64,000 bases of DNA from positions 99,076,001 to 99,140,000 of the forward strand of contig NC_092347.1 in assembly GCF_963676685.1 (NCBI RefSeq). Direction: 5' to 3'. Source of the DNA: Mytilus edulis (Eukaryota). Positions 24,367 to 38,099 of the stretch are shown here, one piece after another. The notes under the pieces are model-generated. The model was not told the origin of the DNA and searched no databases. It saw only the letters and a program-made list of their open reading frames with translations. The position numbers and the translations under genes are program-made. The stretch's first letter is position 1, and every line of letters starts with the position of its first letter.

Positions 24367-24407
24367 GCGTCCGAAGCGCTTTCTGGATTTAACTTCATCA
24401 GGAACGC
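24367..24407 (-). ncRNA. Minimal hammerhead ribozyme, second subfamily, within a repeat at ~24350-24650
   Basis: Reverse complement gcgttc-CTGATGA-agttaaatcca-GAAA-gcgc-TTC-ggacgc: 6-bp stem I, palindromic AAGCGCTT stem III, weak stem II. Decayed copies at ~22411, 35752 and 63611. Confidence 0.6.
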
Positions 24408-27400
24408 TCAAAGCCAAACATTTGAAATCCGAAGATAGATAAGTGCCGAAAATTGTTGAAGAGCTATATGTCAAAGTTATCTAAAATAAATAGCCAACTT
24501 TGCCTGAGGGAGTTGAAACCTTAGTTTCATAATAATTTCAAAATTTATTAACGAACAATTTTAGTAAAGTTTGTTAAATCATGTCAGTACCAAAGCACTG
24601 ACTACTGAGCTAATGATACCATCGGGGACTGAAAGTCCACCAGCAGAGGTATATTTTGAAACTACAGTTACAAACCCTCATTCAAACCAAAACAATATTA
24701 TAGCTATCATTTAAGACATTGAAAGACATCAACAAAGTGAAAGGTTTAGCGCTATAAAACCAGGTTTAATCCACCGTTTTCTACGTTTGAAAATGCCGTA
24801 CCAAGTCAGGAATAAGACAGTTCTTGTCCATTCGTTTTTTATGTGTTTTGTCATTTGATTTTGCCATGTGATTATGGACTTTTCGATTAGATTCTCCTCT
24901 GAGTTCAGTATTTTTGTGATTTTACTTTTCACAGACCTTTTCAACCAGTTTGTACTGGAAAAGATGAAAACGAGAAGAGATCCTCCCTTTAACTTTCCTT
25001 TGACAACAACAGTCTCAATGCCGCCAACTTAGGTAATTCCTTAATCATAATTATATAAGTCAGTTCAATCGAAAATACCTGCCTATTATGAAGGCCAGTC
25101 TGTATCTATCATTTTATCATACCCATGCCAAACCAATTTCAACGAAATTTCTATTTCAAATATGCGTTGCAGTATCTCAACAATGACGGCTTCAAGTCTT
25201 AATCTCCTGATTGCACCTGTGATAAATAAAGGCAACAGTAGTATACCGCTGTTCAAAACTCGTAAATCTATGGACAAAAAACAAAATCGGGGTAATCAAC
25301 TAAAACTGATGGAAGCGCATTAAATATAAGAGGAGAACAACGACACAACATTAAAATGTAACACACACAGCAACGGACTAAGCATTAGACCAAATCCGAT
25401 GAGAATAACAAATATAACATCAAAACCAAATACATGAATTTGGGATAGACATAATTCACCATTAAAATCGTATTGGCTTTCCACGTTCTCAACATTACCT
25501 ATAACACTTGCTTGCGAAATGGGTTATCCAAAGGTCAGAAATATCGTGATACCTGTATCTTGCATCGGCTCTGTACAATTTATTCTTTTCTATAAAACAA
25601 ATAAAAAGAACACGTATACTCGCGATTAAGATGACGTCAGTACTTAGTATCTATACGTTTAGACCATAGGAATTTTTGCTGATATTCACACGGAATGTTC
25701 ATTTACAAGCTATTTGTATTTTCAGACGATCTTTTGTTTTAGAAAACAGACAAAATGCCCAGTGTTGAAGGCAGAACGGTGACCTATGGTTGTTGGGTTT
25801 TGTGTCATTTTGGTCTCTTGTGGAGAGTTGTCTTATTGACAATAATACCACATCTTCTTTTTTTATATTTGACATTAACCTGGTACACCAACTGTCTGAT
25901 CAGAAACTGGTTAAGTTTTAATAAAGTCTGGTAGAACCGCTTCAATACCTAAATATGTTTTCAATATATAGGTGAGGTTGATATTTTGTTGCTCAGGTTG
26001 AGGGAAATGAATCATTTCAAAATTAAAATTGTCTTGTTTGTCTTACATTCTGGTACTAGGGTTACCGCTCATGTCAAATTCGAGGTATATGTCTAGAATT
26101 GAGTCGACTTAAAAGGGCAGCGAAAAATACCAAAGAGACCTTCAAACTCATAATAGATATAGGAAGATGTGGTTTCAGTGCCAATGAAAATCTCTCCATC
26201 AAAATAGCAATTTATAAAAATAAACCATTATAGGTCAATATACTGTGCAACTCACAATAAACTGAAAGCGCTGTTTCACACACATGTTTTGTAAAATATA
26301 TTAATGGAACCCAATCAAAAACGTTTGGATTATTAATGAGCAGAACTGAACATCAACAATGTATTTTATTGTGAAATTAAATTATCTTGTTTCTTTAATC
26401 TTCTTGTGTTTTTTTATAAGATATTTATAAAATGTACCCGACCTGTTCAATAATAATTTCCATGATAATTTTGTTTTTATTTAGACTCATGTCTGTAATT
26501 TTTTCGAATCTTGATAGTCTATTTCGTTTTGTTTGAACCATGGTGTTAGCATTCCACGGCTCATTTTATTACGCCCAAAGATGACATTCAGCTCTGATGA
26601 ACTGTAAATTCTGTAAAATTTAATATCCTGAAAATTCAAATAACTTATATGATTCCATACGATTTACTTGAAAAAGATAGACATGTACAAGCAAAGACTC
26701 TAGCTTAATATATATTATTACAAGAAAATATTCAAAGAAATATCACATTAGGAAAAAGTCGAAAATGGCAACACAGAAACATGTCTCTATGCCCTTTTGT
26801 GTTTCTTTAAGACTTTGTGTAGAAGTGATGTACAATAAGCACATAGACACACGACAAGAAAGACAAGGGAAACTTCCACTTTAGATTCTGCAGAGGATAT
26901 GCCTAAAATAATTATATGTATTATACTTTTTCCTTTGAGAGGTCTTAGACTGCGAGACCGACTATATAGCGGGTGTATATTGCGGACAAATTTTTCAGAC
27001 AATCAAACAATATATATATTTGTTTTTCAAACTGTCTTAAGCTTTGTATTGCCCTATAATTAACTTACTGCATATTCTAGAATTTGTGTTGGACCTTTAC
27101 AAATGTACACGCGTGCTTTGGACTTATGAAATTTATAATGAAATGATGTTTTATACAGTGTGTGTCAACACCGCTGCTGGTGGATTCTCAAGATCCGCGG
27201 TATCATTAGCGAACTTCGGTACTGATATGATTAATTACAAGTGTCCGTTGATTCACTTTTTGAAACCAGAAAGAAACTACAGTTTCAACTCACTCGGAAA
27301 TAGTTTATCTTTTGTTAGGATCTTTTTTTGTAATATAGCTCTGCAACTGGGTTGATTCTTGAACATGGTTGGCTTGCAAATTTTCAGCTATGAACGTTGG

Positions 27401-27764
27401 TTGTACCTAGATTATTTATCCCCAGACGATCATGTATTATTTGTGAAGTAGATATTCCAGGTGTATAAAACTTTTTTCTGAAATACTTTCTAATTAGAAT
27501 TACTCAACAAAAACTGAAATGATACGCAGAAAAATTATGTTATTTGTTTTATGAAAAAACGCAACAACATTATTTCAAGCCAAGGTCATGTGTCGATTGG
27601 TACATTGATAAAGTAATAAACATATGCAGCAGTTAAATCATTGTCTGGTACTTTTCTTAAATGAAGTATGAAAGCGTTTCAATGTCATAACCAAACTATG
27701 CATTCTGAATTCATAATGATAAATTAGTGATTGTATAATAACAGATTAGAATATTAAAGGTTGT

Positions 27765-28002
27765 TACCTGTGCTGACATTAAGCTAATAAGAATGACATA
27801 TAGTTCATTGTGGTAAATTTTATAACCTATTATTGTATCAAATGAATTAACGTAGTTTGTTTGTGTAGTTTGGGTTTTAAGAATTTCCCGAATTTACAAC
27901 GTTTCCTTCTTTGCAATTTGTATAAAAGGAGAATGTTTCATCAATACTTTACATTCGTTCTAAGTGATTATTTGCAAAGCGTTAAAAAGAAAGAAGATTC
28001 AG
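27765..28002 (+). promoter_or_regulatory. Gene D promoter and non-coding exon 1
   Basis: Conserved upstream block, TTTCCTT at 27902, TATAAAA at 27921-27927, donor CAG|GTAAAG at 28002/28003. Confidence 0.7.
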
Positions 28003-28968
28003 GTAAAGTGCTTTTTATACTTTTATTATCCATTTAAGCTTATACTTATAGTATTGCTGACTAATTTTTTTTTTCATTGTCGTTTTATGGATCTTCTTTA
28101 GATATTAGTAGCAAAAGCAACTTAAGTGTTTTAACTTATCCAAATCAATTAAATTATATAGACATGGGGAAAACTTACATTTTTCGGGAACATTTAATGT
28201 TGTTGCTTTGGCAAAGTTTGTATCAATTCCGTGAGAAAATTTACAGTATATATTAAAAGAAATTTGATGTGACCTTGTTTTCTAACGATTTCTTGTATAT
28301 CAATTGTGCATGATTTGATACAAACTTTTTGTCCAATAAGGAATAAAATTACTTTATCTTGGCGTCACTGATAACAAGCGTTGCTTAAAAAAATGATTTA
28401 TAGTTAAGAAACAATAAAAATATTTCATCATTTTTAACAAACATTGTTATTATAAAGTAAGTAAGGATATGAGGGTTATGAACCTGTGCTTTGCTTTCGA
28501 AAGTTGTTTCAAATTATATATTGTTCAGTTTCTGTGTATCGTGTTTTAATATGTTTTTCGGGCAATCTTTCACTGAAATTCTATTCTAAATGAATCTATA
28601 TAATATATATCTAAGGTATCGGCTCCCAATGTATAACAGACCAAAACAGCGATTCAACAATTTTAGAATTAACTCTAAGTGTAATTACATTGTTATATTG
28701 AGAAACAAATATGTTTATAGGTTACATCATACTCAATTGCTAACAATTTTGCATTTCATATATAATGACTTTTCTGTTTTGATTTTTAATTTTTTATTCA
28801 ATGACTGTTGCTTTAACAATCATACTGTATGAGTAGTACAATTGGGTTCAAATTAAGCGTTTCATATGACATTTTGACTCTAGTTTTACATCCGTTATCT
28901 GTGCACATATTTTGAAGCTTTGTTTTGAATTTTTTAAATATAATAGATTATTTCTCTCCCTCAGAACC

Positions 28969-30374
28969 ATGAATATGTTACCAATAATCATTGGACTTGC
29001 TGCTGTAGTAACTTTGGGCTCGGCTCGTGTATACAACAGCAACACCTTGCCATCAACTCGGAGATCATTAGGGTTGAGGGGATCTAGACTTAACGGAGAT
29101 TGGAATAATGAACATCGTAACAGTGGATTGAATGATGGACATTTGAGCGGAAGATGGAATGACGGACAATTGAGTGGAAGATGGAATGATGGACAATTGA
29201 CCGGAAGATTAAATGACGGACATTTGTCCGGAAGAATAAATGACGGACATTTGACCGGAAGATTGAATGACGGACAATTGACCGGAAGATTGAATGACGG
29301 ACAATTGACCGGAAGATGGAATGATGGACAATTGACCGGAAGATTGAATAGGGGACATCAGAATGGAGGTTTAACTAGTGGAAAAAGACGTAAGTATTAG
29401 CAATATTCACTTTCAAAGGAGTTCATTGATATTCAATATTGGTAAACATAAATAAAGTTGTATACCGCTGTTCAATAGTCAAAAATCAATTAAGGAAACA
29501 CAAATGCGATTTAAAATCTAAATTCAAGGACAATCCGTTAACTTTTATAGTACGAAGACACGGAACAACAACATTTTTTTTTACATGTACATGTATATGG
29601 ATTTTTTTTCTAGAATATATAGACTTATTAACTTAAAACTTAGAACAGTAATTGGTCGGACGAATTAAGATTGGTAACTTACAACTAAAAAATATATATT
29701 GAATAGATAATAAAATCTGTGAAATTTGTAAAGATAAACAATTATTGGCTTTTTAAACATATTTGTTGGAGATCAATAGTTTAAATGATAATTTTCAAAA
29801 AATGTGTTTGCAGAATACCGATCTAGAAGATCAGCTGTTTTCAGACAAAGCAATTCATACAGAGGAAACAGAGGAAACAGAGGAAGTATCCGTAATCGTG
29901 TTGACAGTGAACGATTTAATAGATTGGGTAGAAATTCAGGATGGAGATCAAACTCAGGATATAATTCACGATGGTGTAAGTGTTTACTTTTATATCTAAT
30001 AAAATGCCTCCGCATTATGGGTTCTATATCATTTTGTGAAGACTTCAAATTTCCCATAACCAACGTAGCGTTAGACTTTTTTTATATATTGTCCAACAAG
30101 AACGTTAACATTTACATATAGTATGTAGGTTTGTATATGCCATATACATAATTTTGAAAGTAGTCATGTTTAAAAAATTCTGGTATTTATTTATAAGCAA
30201 GTAAATGGTGCTAAATCATGGATCACAAACGAGAAACAAAAATGTCAACGGTACAAGACACAAATGTATCAACTAGGTATCCAAAATAAACATAATTTCA
30301 AAGAATAATTATATTATTAAACAAGTTATGTTTAGTAACTGATAAATAAAGTATACTGTTTTTATTTTACAGAA
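28969..30374 (+). CDS. Gene D: 194-aa secreted repeat precursor with 8 nonapeptides (coding exons 28969-29389, 29814-29975, 30373-30374)
   Basis: Signal MNMLPIIIGLAAVVTLGSA; 8 repeats; GGLTSGKR|QYRSRR-SAVFRQSNSYRGNRGNRGSIRNRVDSERFNRLGRNSGWRSNSGYNSRW; split stop T|AA; AATAAA at 30465. Confidence 0.88.
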
Positions 30375-32519
30375 TATTTAAGTTGAGATTGATTGGAGGG
30401 ACTACCATACATCATGTGTACATACAACGTTGCATTTCGTAGATTTTATTACTTTTTTTTTTTAAATAAAGAAATTAATATAAACAACATTATTTTCTTT
30501 CGTTGAATATATCTGAAAAATCATGTTACTGAAATGATTTTATTGTTCAGGAGTGTCACCCCCACCCCCTCCTACTTAAGAAAATGACTATACCACGTCA
30601 GGAATATGGCAGTTGTTATCCAATCCTTTGATGTGTTTGAACTTTCGAATTTGGCATTTCATTTGGGACTTTCCTTTTAAAATTTTCCTTGGAGTTCGGT
30701 ATTTTTGAGATTTTATTTTTCCCTAAATTGTATATCTTAAACCCAATACGCAATTAAAGAAAAGTATTCAAGATCTAATGGTAAAACAATTAAAATATTT
30801 ATTAAGTTACATCTACTATAAACTGTAGGCGAACAAAGAACAATGTCAACAAGGAAAGATCACACTCTATAGACAAACCACATAACCCAAAATGACCACA
30901 ACACAATAACACAATGGCGATATGTACAAATACAGAGCAACGCTAAAAGGTATTAAATAAAATTTGATATGTTACTAAGATGATAAACAACGTTGGTACC
31001 TTAACGTTTTACTTTTATACCATCATGTACTATTTATGAAGCTGATACTGAACATTCATCAACCAGGTACTGGTATCTTCTAATGTACCTTTTCATAAAA
31101 AAGGACGTGCCATTTTTTGACATACCCCTGGTTCATTGATATTCGGAGCAAACACTTGTGATATTTACAAAGACAGAGTACCAACTTGGTTTTAGAAAAA
31201 GGACGATGTTGTCTTTGATTTAAACCTTGTATATGTAAATCAGCTTTCCTCAGAGACAGTGCAGACGTTTATCAAGTTTGAGAAGTACAGTGCAAGCTAA
31301 TGAATACCCAAATGTGTATCTCATTTACCGGTTAAATTGATATTATTGCTCAGGTGAGATAAATATACTTTATCAAAGATTCTGGTACGGCGATGACTGC
31401 TTACGTCTAAATATCAAGTTAGGGGAAGATAGAAGATACCAGAGGGACATTAAAATTCATTAGTTCAAAATAAACTGAAAATGCAATGTTTAAAAAAACG
31501 AAAATGACAAATAGACAAACAATAGTACACAAAACACTATAAAACAAAACTAAAGACTGAGCCAAACAAACTAGGGGTTATTTCAGGTGCTTCAGAAGGG
31601 TAGGCAGATCCTGCTCCACATGGGACATGTTAGGAAATTGAAATCATCCCTTCGTTAGTTTATCGGACACTATAACGAATTGACTGACCGTTATGGAATA
31701 AGAAAGGCAAACGTGTTATACCAGTGTGGCCTTTCTTTATCAATAATGGTCAACCAACTCTTGATTTCGTCAATAAATAAAGGCAACAGTAGTATGCTGC
31801 TGTTCGAAATTCATAAATCGATTGACAAATCTGGGTTACAAACTTCAAGTTAAACTGAGGGAAACACATCAAATATAAGAGGAGAACAACGACACAACAG
31901 AAACACTAAAATACAACACACACATAAACGAACTTTAAGATAACAGCTGCCATTCTCCTGACTTGGTACAGGACATAATAAGAAAAAAATTGTGTGGTTT
32001 TGCGGCTAGTTATACCTCGCGCTTTAATGGCAATGTTAAATATAACACCAAAATAGCAACATTACAAGACAGGACTACAGTACAAATAAATGCAAGAACA
32101 TTCAGATTCAGGACAGAGAAATACAAAAATAAACATTACAATAGGACATTGCTAATCGTTATCAAGTAATAAGATAATTGCTTGTATTATCAAGCTATGT
32201 CGATATTTCTTTTAAATCAAACAATAAAACAAATAAATGGTATACAATCGTTAAGTTGCTCCAAACTAAAATGTTATTAATGAACAGGGCGACCAATTTT
32301 CTTTACTTTCTTAAAAAATATTGAAAAATAGAATTACAACCACAGGCGACAACACATTTAACAATATACAATCAAAATTACAAGCACAACATCATAACTA
32401 AATAAATTAACACGTCTTATAGTAATGCGAAATCCCACTCAGCAAAACAGTCAAATTCGGAAATAGGTCACGTTCAGTAATTAAAAGACCAGACGACGTT
32501 AATGGCAAACAGCAATCTA

Positions 32520-34030
32520 AGACAGAGTGTCATTTTTAACCTTTTCTCTACTTAACATTCTGGGAGGGGTTTCTGCGTAAGAAACACACTCCTGTATATG
32601 CAGTCCGTAAAGTGTTAACATGCACGAACATAACGTTACTGAGATATGTAAACACCATACTAAGGGGCATAGAGTCTGTTACAGCTGAGAAATGGGAAAT
32701 TGATAATTGGGAAGTTGAAATCGTCCTGTTGTCATATATTTAAGTGTGAAGTCGTCCATCTGTGTCAATACTGAGGACAATATCAAGATATGGAGCAGTC
32801 CTTCTAGTATCAATAGTATCCTTAATTTCAAGTTCACTGGGGTATATGAGATGTAAGTATTTGCTAAAATATGGGTTATGAAATAATAGGACATCATCAA
32901 TATATCTGAAAGTAAAATTAAAGAATTTCGTACAACAACAAATTGACCAGTAGGGGTGCACCATTAATAACGATTGGAATACAAATTATCTGTTGAAATA
33001 TCAATCCTCCAAACTCAACAAATATATTGTCGATAAAAAGTCCAGCATTTTGATAATTTTATCTTTAGTATATTTTCTAGTAGATTTAGTGTGGTTCTTC
33101 ACAAAATAGGAATTATTATAACCCATTAAAGTTACGAAGGATTAATTTCATCTTGATTACGTGAAACTCTTGGTTTAACAGCTTCTTTTTGAGGAGTAAC
33201 CCTCTATTGAGGAAATCATGATAGCAAATATAAGTCCTGGAATATCAACGGGGAGAAATATACTACGTATGCCGGCATTGATGGATTGTTGCTTCTGAGT
33301 AATGAAATATTGTTCAAATTGGCAAGTTGAAATCATCTATTTTGTCGTAAAAAGTTTGTTATCATTGTCGATTTCTAGATGTTAGTCAAGATATGAGACA
33401 GACTTAACTGTATCTGTTGTTCTGCTTTATCGCAAGTTCGATGGTATATATGTAATAAACATAGCACCCATAAATAGAATTATTGTGTGCGGGAACATCA
33501 AATATATAAAATAAAGTAAAAGATGCTGCTAGCATATTTTCTTTCTTCCTAAGAAGTTCCTCTATTGAATCAGTCTCATAACAATAAAGTAACTAGTCGG
33601 CAAGAAGACAGGCATAGTTTGTTTCCCTGGGAATGCCGATTGTCTGAATTAAAAACACGTCCTCAAAATTGTTGTAAATCAAGAAATCAAGCATCTTGTT
33701 AATGTCAGTTATAGAGATTTTTTTATTTGAATTTCGAGTGATATTTTACACAGTAGGATATATCCCTCCATAAGAGAAGATAATTATACCTACGTGGCCC
33801 ATTATTTTTTATAAAGCAAAGCAATACCCACTATTTCAATTTGTCGTTTCGTTGGGAATTAGAAAAGTGTTGAAAAGTCAAAGGTTTAAAAACCATTGCA
33901 AGATGAAACAGTCTTAGAGTGTATGTACTCTAAAATATCTTTGGAAATTTAAGTATCTACATCTTGTTCACCTCAACTTTAGAAGAGGTAGTTTCAAACC
34001 CGGCTTTGACTGCTGATTAAGTTAATGTTT
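32520..34030 (-). mobile_element. Two adjacent decayed Penelope-like RT fragments in the spacer between the D and E arms
   Basis: FNFTFRYIDDVL, HLIYPSELEIKDTIDT..YLDI, MLDFFIDNIFVEFGG and TFDFSTL-like motifs, heavily frameshifted. Confidence 0.75.
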
Positions 34031-37000
34031 TTAATTAAGAAAGAGGTTTCATGTATATTTTTTTTTGTTATGGTTTCGGTTGGATAATGTGTTATGTCGT
34101 ATCGTTTGTAGTCCAAATACTTATAAATATGCCTGTCCATACCTTCATTGTTTTTAAAATTGTTTGTACGTATATTGTGAAATTAATTTTATAAGTGCAA
34201 GATTACATGATTGCTTCACTGTTTGTGATATGCTGTAGAGTATGTCGTTGATGGATTATGTTCGTTGTTGTTCTGCGGTTTGCATGTTGTTTGTTTGTGC
34301 GTTTCCTTGTTCTGAGTGTTTGTGCTGTGTTTCTTTCACTGTGTTCACATTTTGGCGCTATTCTTCTTAACATTATCATAAACAGGAGGTTTGGCTAACC
34401 ATTAAACCAAGCTCATCCCATGATTTTTGTTTCCAAATGTACCGTACTAAGTTAGGAATATCGCAGTCGTTTCTATGTATGTTGGCGTTTGTTTTTGTTG
34501 CACATGGAGCCTTGGCTGACAACCAAAAACTACTAGTATAAAACAATTTAAACGGAAAAACCAACAATTTAACCTATGTACAAAAATCATGAAATGAGAA
34601 ACACTTATGAACCACACCAACAAACGACAACTACTGAAAATCAGATTTCTGACTTAGGAAGGTGCAAACAATAAACCTTAACCCTTATCTGTAACAATAG
34701 TGTAACGTCACAACATAATAAGACACACTATCAAATATCAATTGGAATGCCTTACATCAATAAAAGATAATTATATATTGAATTGCTAATACCTATTTCA
34801 TTTATTGAGCAGTTTATGTGATGTGATTTACACACAAAAAGGATACTGTTTAGTGCCTTATCTGTTGGGACAATAACATGTTGGTCATGGAGATAAGTGT
34901 TTTGCATCAAATGTACTCTCATATTGAATTAAGATTTTTAACCGTTGTTTCAAATCATGCGTTAAACATAGAAAGAAGTTTTGAGAGTTAACAAAAAAAA
35001 AATAAGAATGTGATAAAGTACTTACGGCTTTTGTATAATTTGCAAAAGGTCATTGATAGAGAAATCATGCCGAGTTGGTGGTGTATAATGATAATAACTA
35101 TGACTGCGTCTATGTCGAAAAATAGGTTTGAAAATGTTCATCACACTCATTAAATTGTATGCGAATGTCATATAAGTGAGAGGTTTAGCTAGCTATAAGC
35201 TATAATTATAAGAAAATGTCTGTACTAAGTCAGGTATATGACATTGTTATCCATTCGTTTGATATGTTTGAGCTTTTGATTTTCACATTTGATTACGGAA
35301 TTTACGTTTTGATTTTTTCTTGTGAGATTATTTTGTTATTTTACCTTTCACAGAATTACAGGGAGGACTCAATATAATACCTGTACCATCAATTGTGTCA
35401 TGGCAACCATATGGTGTTGCAGTTTCCAATTGTCGAATTCAGTAGTATTATTTTTTTCTGAGGGGAGGCGTTGCAAGATGGGGATTGTTAGTCCTGTGGA
35501 ATGATATACCACATGAACACATCGTTAGCCTTCCTTTCGTTTAGACGATTTAAATCAATCAATGAAGGTTACACTTTAATCCGTCGACGACATTCATTGA
35601 TTGACAATTCTGATCATCGGCCTAGGAACCTCTGTTAAATCAATACGTTTAAGTAAAGACTGTTAGATGGATTTAAGTATTTTAATAGGTTATATAGCTC
35701 TGCAACTGTGGTGATTTTTACCATGATTGGCTTTCAGATATTCAGCTTTGAGAGTTTCTGATAAAGGTGAATCAAGTCAAGAGCTTTGGATGCATGCTAT
35801 TTATAATGAATTGTTTTCATATTTTAAAGCATATTTTGTCTTACGATCAATTTTCTGATTTTTATACTACACATTTTCTTAGATCTAATTGTAGCTGTAA
35901 AACTCATTGCTTGTCTCTTCAAAAACACTTCCGAGACTGGTTATCTAGCGAATATCTTTATCCTTTTTGTTGGTTTTCCTTTTGTCTTTGTTATTCCTAT
36001 CTCCTGTAAACATTCTTTTTTCGTTTCACTGCGTTCAGAATCTTGGTTATCTAATTTTAATATTTGTTGTCAATGGAATAATGACATCAATATAATGAGG
36101 TTGAATATCAAAAGAGTTTTAATATCTCTTTACTGTTTTATTTTGTGTCACGTACGCCGTAAACTCTAGCATACTTATATTGTAGTCCTGTCTTGTAATG
36201 TTGTTATTTTGCTGTTATATTGAACATTGCCATTAAAGCGCGAGGTTTGGCTAGCCTCAAAACCAGTTTCAACCCATATTTTTTTCTTATTATGTCCTGT
36301 ACCAAGTCAGGAGAATGGCAGTTGTTATATTAAAGTTCGTTTCTGTGTGTGTTGCATTTTAGTGTTTCTGTTGTGTCGTTGTTCTCCATTTATATTTGCT
36401 GTGTTTTCCTCAGTTTAACTTGAAGTTTGTAACCCAGATTTTTTTTCCCCAATCTTTTTATGAATTTCGAACAGCAGTATAATTCTGTTGCCTTTATTTA
36501 TGAACGAAATCTTTATCCATAACGGTCAGTCAATTCGTTATAGCGTCCGATAAACTAACTAAGGGATGATTTCAATTTCATAACATGTCCCATGTGGACC
36601 AGGATCTGCCTACCCTTCTAGAGCACCTGAAATAACCCCTAGTTTGTGTGGCTCAGTCTTTACTTTTCTTTTATAGTGTTTTGTGTACTTTTATTTGTTT
36701 TTTTTGTCATGCTCGTTTTTTTAACATTGCATTTTCAGTTTATTTTGGACAAATGCATTTTAATGTCCTCTGGTATCTTCTATCTATCCCTCACTTCGTA
36801 TTTAGACGTATATCTCCTATTTGACATAAGCAGTCATCGCCGTACCAGAATCTTTGATAAAGTATACCATTTTTGTTTCGAGATTATAAATTTATCTCAC
36901 CTGAGCAATAATATCAACTTAACCTGTAAATGGGATACACATTTCGGTATTCATTAGCTTGCACTGTGCTTCTCAAACTTGATAAAACGTCTACACTGTC

Positions 37001-38099
37001 TCTGAAGAAAGCTGATATACATATACCAGGTTTAAATCAAAGACAACATCGTCTTTTTCTAAAAACAAAAAAAGTTGGTACTCTGTCTATGTAAATATCA
37101 CAAGTGTTTGCTCCGAATATCAATGAACCAGGGGTATGTAAAAAAACATCACGTCTTTTTTTCTGAAAAGGTCCATTGAAAGATACCAGTACCTCGTTGA
37201 TAAATGTTCCGTATCAGCTTCATAAATAATACATGATGGTATAAAAATAAAGAGTATAGGTACCAACGTTGTTTATCATCTTAGTAACATCTCAAATTTT
37301 ATTTAATACCTTTTAGCGTGGCTCTGTATTTGTACATATCGCCATTGTGTTATTGTGTTGTGGTCATTTTGGGTTATGTGGTTTGTCTATAGAGTGTTTA
37401 TACGCCATTTGATCTTTCCTTGTTGACATTGTTAGTTGTTTTAATGGTATTATATCACATTGTTGAAAGGTGTACTCTAATTTTTGTTTGTTTTTCTCAC
37501 ACATTGATGTCAACTAAATGAAACCCTATATGACTGGTGTAGTAAATATGATATAGATATTCAAGTTCCCTGAGTGTTGATGTATCATAAAGTCTCTTGA
37601 GATTTTGACAGGAATCACGTTCCATGTGTTGATTCGTTTACATTTTATGGTAGATTTAACTTAATAAATATTTGAATAGTTTTACAATTAGATCTTGGAT
37701 TTTTTTTCCTTTAATTGCGTTTTGGATTTAAGATATACAATGTAGGAAAAAGTAAAATCTCAAATATACTGAACTACGAGGAAAGTTTTAAAAGGAAAGT
37801 CCCAAATAAAATGGAGAAATCAAAAGTTCAAACATAACAAACGATTGGATAACAACTGCCATATTCCTGACTTGGTATAGTCATTTTCTTAAGGTGGGGG
37901 AGGGGTGACACTCCTGAACAATAAAATCAACTGTAACTTCATTTCAGTCTCATGATTTTTACAGATATTTTCAAGGGAGGAAAATAATGCTGTTTATATT
38001 TATTTCCTTATTTTTAAAAAAGTAATAAAATCTACGAAATGTAACGTTGTATGTACACATGATGTATGGTAGTCCTTCCAGTCAATCTCAACTTAAATA

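Noticed and set aside
27891-27900. NF-kB/STAT-like site (gaatttcccgaa, ~27881-27892) near the gene D promoter
   Set aside because: Not a consensus match and not conserved in C, E or F.
28912-28968. N-terminal extensions in the ORF track (MKLCFEFF.., also 48482 and 39644) and read-through tails after GKR
   Set aside because: They lie in introns: a conserved acceptor sits just before the ATG and a GTAAG donor just after the GKR codons.
29763-29999. Acidic ORF containing TEETEETEE
   Set aside because: Alternative frame of gene D exon 3; the splice phase selects the Arg-rich frame.
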